A stretch of DNA of 64,000 nucleotides from an uncultured Pseudomonadales bacterium (lineage in GTDB: Bacteria > Patescibacteriota > Microgenomatia > UBA1400 > PJMF01), in contig CAYTIA010000005.1 in NCBI GenBank assembly GCA_964437755.1, positions 802-64,801 of the forward strand. The letters are read 5' to 3'. The position numbers were made by a program, and so were the translations under genes. The notes under the pieces were generated by a model. It did no database searches and had not been told where the DNA came from. It saw nothing but the letters and a program-made list of their open reading frames with translations. Every line of letters starts with the position of its first letter. Position 1 is the first letter of the stretch. Shown here one piece after another: positions 58,930-64,000 of this stretch.

Positions 58930-59928
58930 TTACGAGTTTTCTTTAAGTAATTCACCTTTAACGGCTTTTATTACTGGTGCTAAATCACCTTCAATGATTG
59001 AGTCTAATTGATGCCAACTTTGATTAATTCTGTGGTCAGTAACTCGATTTTGTGGATAGTTGTAAGTTCTAATTTTTTCGGCACGCATGTTTCTCCCAAT
59101 TGCCGATCTAGCAGAATCAATTTTTGCTGCTCTTTTTTCTTCATGATCTTCCCATAATTGTGCTCTTAGCAATTCAAGGGCGATTTCTCGGTTCTGAAGT
59201 TGCTTTCTCTCTCGACTGACTCTGACAACTATTCCCGATGGTTTATGAGTTAACCTAACTGCACTACTAGTTTTGTTAACAGATTGACCACCAGCACCTC
59301 CAGAACGCATAAATTCCCAGGTTAAATCTTCATCTCTGATGACAATAGCAGAAGATGCTTTTAGTTCAGGTAAAACGGCAACTGATGCTGTTGAAGTGTG
59401 GACTCTTCCTTGAGCTTCTGTTGCAGGAACTCTTTGTACTCGGTGCACTCCGGCCTCGTGTTTAAAAAGTTGATAAGGATAGAAACTTTGCTCAATGACT
59501 CTTTGTTCTCCTGACTCAGAATCAAGATGCTCAATCTCAAGACTAATTCTGCCAGAAATCTTTATAGAAAAATCATCAATATATTCTGCTCTAAGATTGT
59601 TATTTTCTGAAAATCTCAAGTACATTCTTATTAAATCTTCAGCCCAGATTTTAGCTTCATCTCCACCAGCTCCAGCTCGCAATTCTAAGATGGCATTTGA
59701 TTTAATAGTAGGATTTTGCTCAGCACTTTCTTGTTCTTCTAGAGATTGTTGATAAGTGGCAGAAGCCCTGAGTAATTCATCTTTTTCTTGAGTTAAATTT
59801 GAAATCTCTTCCAAAGCTAACTGCTTAAGATCTGGATCATTGAGAAGTTCTTGATTACTCTCAATTTTTTGATCAATAAGGTCAATTTGCTGTTGATAGG
59901 GGTGAGATTGATTTGACATGTTAGCCAC
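58930..59928 (-). CDS. prfA: Peptide chain release factor 1
   Basis: GGQ motif (SGGAGGQSVNKTSSAVRLTH) and PAT (PxT) tripeptide motif (RVQRVPATEAQGRVHTS); no SPF. Confidence 0.8.
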   Translation of the reverse strand: MANMSNQSHPYQQQIDLIDQKIESNQELLNDPDLKQLALEEISNLTQEKDELLRASATYQQSLEEQESAEQNPTIKSNAILELRAGAGGDEAKIWAEDLIRMYLRFSENNNLRAEYIDDFSIKISGRISLEIEHLDSESGEQRVIEQSFYPYQLFKHEAGVHRVQRVPATEAQGRVHTSTASVAVLPELKASSAIVIRDEDLTWEFMRSGGAGGQSVNKTSSAVRLTHKPSGIVVRVSRERKQLQNREIALELLRAQLWEDHEEKRAAKIDSARSAIGRNMRAEKIRTYNYPQNRVTDHRINQSWHQLDSIIEGDLAPVIKAVKGELLKENS

Positions 59929-59987
59929 TATAATAACACTAAGCTGAATTTTTCAGAGTAGAAAAAAGCTTAAATGAAAAAAAATCG

Positions 59988-60371
59988 CTATTTGGAATCT
60001 GTTTTGCTGGTTCCAGCCACTTTTGCTTCTTGTTTTGAATCAGATTGGCGAAGTTGAGTTTGTTTTTCTCTAAGAATGTCTTGGTAAGATTTTTCTTCAG
60101 TTGCTTGAGCATCTGACTGCTGAGATAGTTTTTCCTCTAACTCTTTTTGTTTTTTCTCATGAAGAATCTTAGCTTGTTCCATCTTTTGTTTAAACTTCTC
60201 GACTCGACCTTGTCTATCAACGAACTTCATTTCGCCGGTAAAATAAGGGTGGCATTGTGAACAAATATCAACTTCAATAACTGGCTCGGTTGAACCGGTG
60301 GTAAAAGTATTGCCACAAGAGCAAGTCACTTTTGCATTTTTATACCATTTAGGATGAATGTTAGCTTTCAT
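59988..60371 (-). CDS. rpmE: 50S ribosomal protein L31 with about 55-aa K/E/Q-rich C-terminal extension
   Basis: MKANIHPKW...[12 protein letters not shown]...[10 protein letters not shown]. The track's upstream ATG at 60404 adds 11 residues; the start chosen here is at the conserved MKANIHPK. Confidence 0.75.
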   Translation of the reverse strand: MKANIHPKWYKNAKVTCSCGNTFTTGSTEPVIEVDICSQCHPYFTGEMKFVDRQGRVEKFKQKMEQAKILHEKKQKELEEKLSQQSDAQATEEKSYQDILREKQTQLRQSDSKQEAKVAGTSKTDSK

Positions 60372-60437
60372 AGTTTTTCTAGTCTTCAAATTTGCAAGAG
60401 GCAATTATAGCATAATTATTTTGTAGTGCGAGTGCGA

Positions 60438-62369
60438 CTAGCGTTTCTGGATGATTTCTATTGCTTCTTGGGTTTTTAACTGTTTTTGTTCTCCAGATAC
60501 CATATTTTTTAAAGAGACGGTGTTTGAACTGAGCTCATCCTCTCCAATAATAACTACCCAGGGAATTTTTTGCTGATTTGCGTACCCAAACTGTTTTCCA
60601 AGAGCATCAAATTCAGGGTAGATACTTGCTTCAATCTTTTCTTGACGAAGTTTGGTTACGACTTTTAGTGTTTCTGGTAGCAACTCTTCAGAAAAAATTG
60701 ATACGAGTACTTGTGCTGAGGAGTTTGAACTTGGAACAAGTCCTAGTTTAACTGCAGCTTCAACGGTGCGATCAAAGCCAAATGCTACTCCAACTGCGGG
60801 AATGGACTTTGAGCTAAGCTGTTCTATTAGATTATCATATCTGCCTCCTCCTCCACATGATCCACCTGAATATTCAGGCAAGATAACTTCAAAAATCAAG
60901 CCCGTATAATAATCTAGTCCTCGTGCTAGAGTGGGGGAGAAGACTAAAGTTTCTTTTGGAACTCCTAAGGATATTGTTTGCTCAATAATCTGTTTTAGAT
61001 TATCACTAGATTTTACATCTTTGAGAGAACCGAGAAGTTTAATTGATTGGTTTTTCATTAAGCCTTTTTTTTCGAGCTCATCAATCACCTCAGACTCGGT
61101 TTTTTTATCAAGTTTGTCTATGGTTTGGATAATACTAAAAATATCAACTTCCTTATTTGCATAAGGTTTAATAGTTGAGATCAGGGTTTGACGATCATTA
61201 ACGATTAACTTAATTTTTTTAAAACCAATATTCTCATATGATCGATAAGTGCAGGCTAAGATTTCTGCATCTGCTAGAGTTGATTTGGTTCCATAAATAT
61301 CTACATCACAATGACAGAATTCTCGATATCTTCCGGCTTGTGGTTTATCGGCTCTGAACACATTTTGTATTTGATATCTTTTAAAGAATTTTGGAAGATT
61401 GTTTTGATACTGAGCAAGAATACGAGCTGTTGGTACTGTTTGATCATATCTCAAGCCAATCTTTCTTTTACCTCTATCTTCAAAAGTGTAAACTAATTTA
61501 TCTGCCTCATCGCCATATTTTCCAAGTAATAACTCTGCGTACTCAACGGTAGGTGTTTCCAAGGGTTCGAACCCAAAAAGGGTAAAGACTTCAACTATCT
61601 TGTTTTGGACATATTCTCTTTGTCTTTTTTCTTCAGGAAGAAAATCTCTAAATCCCTTAAGTGTTTGTAATGTTTGTTTATTCATAATCTGTTGATTTTG
61701 ATAATTAATTTCTTGGACTTTTGCTGAAATGGTAACCAACTGTTTTGTCTTGTCAATTATAACCGAGATTTTTTCACCACTTGGCTGAATAATTTCTGAT
61801 AAATCAGAGTAGGTGCTAAACGCTATACTGCCAGATCCACAGGCCGTTTCTTTAACTAGTGAATTTGTATCTTTAACATAAACAGTTGGATATATTTTAT
61901 TTTCTTGGTATTCCACCAAGCCAAAAGCGGGTAGATTAAACTGCTTACAATAGAATCTTGCTTTTTCTTCAAACTGTTTGATGGAAGCTGATTTTTTTTG
62001 GATTAAGTAGCCAATTCCGTCTAATAAAACAATATTTTTCTCAACGATTTTAGGATTAATTGGTAACTTTATCGTAGTTTTGTTTTTTTGATTAGAATAA
62101 AGTACCTTGGACTTTCCAACTCCACTAGTGAGTAGTTCTCCCTTATCTCCTAAGCTATACGCAAAGGCGATGGCTCCATTAACAGATAGCTCATTTCCCA
62201 TCATTTTCAGCTTTGGGATATTTTTATCATACGAAACATAGCCAACCTGTTCAACCTCTAGGAGCAAATCTTTGGTGAATATATTAAAGTCTTGATTAAG
62301 TTGTTTATTTACCAGCGCAGTTAGATTGCCTCCTGCGATAAGGTATCTTTTTTGAGTTTGAATTTTCAT
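60438..62369 (-). CDS. hisS: Histidyl-tRNA synthetase with an in-frame N-terminal DapF/PhzF-fold domain of about 220 aa
   Basis: Class II HisRS from MNKQTLQTLKGFRDFLPEE onward (motifs 1-3, HisA/HisB, anticodon-binding domain). The N-terminal region carries a DapF-like C-terminal-lobe motif ETACGSGSIAF and SVNGAIAFA where the first-lobe Cys would be. Confidence 0.8.
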   Translation of the reverse strand: MKIQTQKRYLIAGGNLTALVNKQLNQDFNIFTKDLLLEVEQVGYVSYDKNIPKLKMMGNELSVNGAIAFAYSLGDKGELLTSGVGKSKVLYSNQKNKTTIKLPINPKIVEKNIVLLDGIGYLIQKKSASIKQFEEKARFYCKQFNLPAFGLVEYQENKIYPTVYVKDTNSLVKETACGSGSIAFSTYSDLSEIIQPSGEKISVIIDKTKQLVTISAKVQEINYQNQQIMNKQTLQTLKGFRDFLPEEKRQREYVQNKIVEVFTLFGFEPLETPTVEYAELLLGKYGDEADKLVYTFEDRGKRKIGLRYDQTVPTARILAQYQNNLPKFFKRYQIQNVFRADKPQAGRYREFCHCDVDIYGTKSTLADAEILACTYRSYENIGFKKIKLIVNDRQTLISTIKPYANKEVDIFSIIQTIDKLDKKTESEVIDELEKKGLMKNQSIKLLGSLKDVKSSDNLKQIIEQTISLGVPKETLVFSPTLARGLDYYTGLIFEVILPEYSGGSCGGGGRYDNLIEQLSSKSIPAVGVAFGFDRTVEAAVKLGLVPSSNSSAQVLVSIFSEELLPETLKVVTKLRQEKIEASIYPEFDALGKQFGYANQQKIPWVVIIGEDELSSNTVSLKNMVSGEQKQLKTQEAIEIIQKR

Positions 62370-62380
62370 AATATTTTTCC

Positions 62381-62487
62381 ATAAAAAACAGTCACCTGGG
62401 TTTTTGCAGAAACAAAAAACCCGCTTAGCTAGCGGGGGTGGTGACTGTTTGAAAAATTTTATTAAATAAACACGTTAAATCACCCCG
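62381..62487 (-). promoter_or_regulatory. Putative transcription attenuator in the hisS leader (terminator/antiterminator hairpins with U-tracts)
   Basis: Minus strand: CUAGCGGGGUG (segment 1) ... CAGUCACCACCCCCGCUAGCUAAGCGGGUUUUUUGUUUCUGCAAAAACCCAGGUGACUGUUUUUUAU. There is a 6-bp GC terminator stem followed by U6; an alternative 8-bp GGGUUUUU/AAAAACCC stem; an outer 8-bp CAGUCACC/GGUGACUG stem followed by U6. Segment 1 can pair with 9 of the terminator 5'-arm nucleotides. Confidence 0.5.
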
Positions 62488-62541
62488 CTAGATAGCGTGG
62501 TGATGATGGCGAAGCTGATTTTGCACATCTTTGATTAACAT
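62488..62541 (-). CDS. Putative hisS leader peptide MLIKDVQNQLRHHHHAI (17 aa) with four consecutive His codons
   Basis: ATG ... CAU CAU CAC CAC GCU AUC UAG; the stop codon lies inside attenuator segment 1. The ATG is 7 nt downstream of the -10 element, so the mRNA is near-leaderless. Confidence 0.5.
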   Translation of the reverse strand: MLIKDVQNQLRHHHHAI

Positions 62542-62548
62542 AAAGACA

Positions 62549-62577
62549 ATTATAACAGCTACAATCTTCCAGAGCAA
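62549..62577 (-). promoter_or_regulatory. Sigma70-like promoter for the hisS leader (-35 TTGCTC, 17 bp, -10 TATAAT)
   Basis: Minus strand ttgctc-N17-tataat immediately upstream of the leader-peptide ATG. Confidence 0.4.
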
Positions 62578-62622
62578 TAAATTAGTGTAGCGGTGTGATA
62601 AAATCTGATTGACGGCGAAAAT

Positions 62623-62695
62623 GGGCTTGTAGCTCAGGTGGTAGAGCACTGCTATCGCACAGCAGGGGTCAGGGGTTCGACTCCCCTCAAGTCCA
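62623..62695 (+). tRNA. tRNA-Ala (anticodon CGC)
   Basis: Cloverleaf GGGCUUG/CAAGUCC acceptor with G3:U70 Ala identity pair; D-arm GCUC-AGGUGGUA-GAGC; anticodon loop AUCGCAC; T-arm AGGGG-UUCGACU-CCCCU; discriminator A; CCA not encoded. Confidence 0.8.
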
Positions 62696-62719
62696 CAGTG
62701 AAGTAAGGCGTGTGTTCGG

Positions 62720-63454
62720 TCAATCTAAGCTGACTAAGGCTTTTACGATTTGTGCGATTTTCTTTTCTTCATCTCCAGAATTATCAATATATCCTGCTAT
62801 TACAACCTGCACATCTTCAAACAGATCCGAAATCGAAATTTCATTGTTCTCAGCATCAATTATTTGAGCATTCTTATTTAGCGAGAAGGTGCTTGTTGAT
62901 GAAGAAATTCTAGATTCAATACTAAGGCTTGAACTTGAGATCTCCTTCACAGCACCAATAGTAACAACTTGAGGTCTTGGCATTATTTGGTCATCATCTA
63001 CGATTACTTTTATAGGGGTAAATGTTTCACCAGTTTGTAATCCAAGAGCAATGACGGAGTTTTCAATTTCAATATCAGCAATTAATAGCTGTTTATCATC
63101 TTTAATTAGTTCTACGGCTGGAGTAATGGGAATGATCACTGATCCAGATATGTTGCTGATGGTAATGGCTGATTCTGATACTCTTTCAACAACTCCCACA
63201 ATAGCTCTAGTTTTATAATCAATCTGTCCTGCAACTGAACCGTTTTTGTTTTCCTTTTCTTCGACAACTTTCTCAATTCTTTCCTTTAAAGAAGCAGTTG
63301 TGGCTGAAGTTGCTTCTTGATCAGTCTTTTCCTCAGCTCTAGTTTCTTGAGCAGCTACCAACATATTATGGTCATAGCTAAATACTCCTGTTATTAAAGT
63401 TATGAGAAAGGTAATTAAGAGTATTTTTGTGAAGCTATTTAAGGTTTTTAGCAT
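62720..63454 (-). CDS. Secreted/membrane-anchored hypothetical protein
   Basis: N-terminal hydrophobic anchor; no motifs. Confidence 0.35.
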   Translation of the reverse strand: MLKTLNSFTKILLITFLITLITGVFSYDHNMLVAAQETRAEEKTDQEATSATTASLKERIEKVVEEKENKNGSVAGQIDYKTRAIVGVVERVSESAITISNISGSVIIPITPAVELIKDDKQLLIADIEIENSVIALGLQTGETFTPIKVIVDDDQIMPRPQVVTIGAVKEISSSSLSIESRISSSTSTFSLNKNAQIIDAENNEISISDLFEDVQVVIAGYIDNSGDEEKKIAQIVKALVSLD

Positions 63455-63463
63455 AATATTTTG

Positions 63464-63934
63464 TTATGATTCTGATTCTTCTTCCTCGATTTGAGGCTGA
63501 TCTTCAAGAGTAAGTTCTTGGTTGTATACCACTACGGTTCGAGTAACTGAAACTACTTCACCAGTTGAGTCTATGCTGTGCACGTTGATAATATTTGCCA
63601 AAGGTTTGAGTTCAAATTCTTTTGAAAAGTTTCCGGTTTCATCTGATTGAGTGATAAACGGAGTATCATTGATATAAATAATAACATTTGAATTTTGACT
63701 GGTGTTGCCAGTTATTTTAACTATTTTATCTGCTTGAATAGATTCATTTTCTGGACTAAAAAGAGTTAGTTTACCTGTATTCTGGTCAGTTGAAGATGAA
63801 TCAGAAGGTTTACCATTTTCAATATTAGTAATTTGGTTAACCTCTGTAGTCTGTTGCGAGTGATAGTATCCATAGGTAATAAACAACCCCATCACCAGAC
63901 CAATAATAATAGCAATTAATATTTCTTTTCTCAT
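63464..63934 (-). CDS. Membrane-anchored protein with a bacterial Ig-like domain
   Basis: N-terminal TM; IVKITGNTSQNSNVIIYINDTPFITQSDETGNFSKEF resembles Big/Ig-like beta-sandwich repeats. Confidence 0.4.
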   Translation of the reverse strand: MRKEILIAIIIGLVMGLFITYGYYHSQQTTEVNQITNIENGKPSDSSSTDQNTGKLTLFSPENESIQADKIVKITGNTSQNSNVIIYINDTPFITQSDETGNFSKEFELKPLANIINVHSIDSTGEVVSVTRTVVVYNQELTLEDQPQIEEEESES

Positions 63935-64000
63935 TTTTCAGTATTATAACCTAATTTAGAAGAATGGAAAAAATCTGAAGAGTTTTTGTCTCTCAAAAAT

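Noticed and set aside
62506-62538. Plus-strand mini-ORF (MAKLILHIFD) overlapping the His leader peptide on the other strand
   Set aside because: It is 10 codons long and has no promoter, SD or downstream structure. It is the mirror-image by-product of the minus-strand leader.
62381-62620. T-box riboswitch as an alternative explanation for the structured hisS leader
   Set aside because: I could not find the T-box consensus (AGGGUGGNACCGCG) in the correct, minus-strand orientation. The nearest match (GGGUGGUGAC) is on the plus strand, pointing away from hisS. The leader-peptide attenuator explains the features better.
1-64000. UGA/UAG stop-codon reassignment (as in Gracilibacteria/SR1)
   Set aside because: Genes end at TGA, TAA and TAG alike, and all conserved proteins read to full length with the standard code. 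RF1 is present with a normal PxT motif. No RF2 gene is in the window, so its presence elsewhere cannot be assessed.
1-64000. CRISPR arrays, rRNA genes, transposases/integrases, prophage genes
   Set aside because: There are no spaced direct repeats, no rRNA-like conserved stretches and no recombinase or phage structural motifs. The only repeats are short in-gene coding repeats at 8586/8781 and 28192/28234.

Overview
The window is an AT-rich, gene-dense segment (about 90% coding, on both strands) that looks like a small, streamlined bacterial genome of Candidate Phyla Radiation/Patescibacteria type. That assignment is my inference from gene content and compactness. All ORFs read to full length with the standard genetic code, so there is no evidence of UGA recoding.

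Most of the content is housekeeping:
- translation and ribosome: def-fmt and L28; S6-SSB-S18; L31; RF1; HPF; YchF; CysRS; HisRS
- cell shape and wall: mreB-mreC-mreD-PBP2
- DNA metabolism: dprA-topA; recR; radC; tgt
- NAD: nadD and nadE
- dTTP synthesis, spread across the window: thyA, dut, tmk, a DHFR-family gene and a dCMP-deaminase fusion
- nucleotide salvage: two tandem NUDIX hydrolases, a HINT-type HIT protein and a purine nucleoside phosphorylase (PNP)
- proteases: M50; two S41; HtrA
- a single tRNA-Ala(CGC)

No rRNA, CRISPR array or obvious mobile element is present.

The signals I consider most worth a second look:
1. A ribosome-mediated transcription attenuator in the hisS 5' leader. 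It has a near-consensus promoter, a 17-codon leader peptide with four consecutive His codons, and mutually exclusive terminator/antiterminator hairpins.
2. The downstream HisRS, which carries an N-terminal DapF/PhzF-fold domain in the same frame.
3. A divergently arranged cluster encoding a CofE-like gamma-glutamyl ligase and a RimK/CofF-like ATP-grasp ligase. Opposite these sit an APH-fold kinase, an HxGH cytidylyltransferase, a GalT-branch HIT enzyme and the deaminase fusion. The set looks like the machinery for a nucleotide-activated, glutamylated small molecule in an organism with no sign of F420 core genes.
4. A 1359-aa PP2C phosphatase fused to a roughly 900-aa coiled-coil/low-complexity region, immediately downstream of a separately transcribed DUF5320-like/UPF0251-like gene pair.
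5. An 864-aa membrane-anchored surface protein with TolB-like propeller repeats, Pro/Thr linkers, Cys-rich modules and a C-terminal dockerin-like domain.
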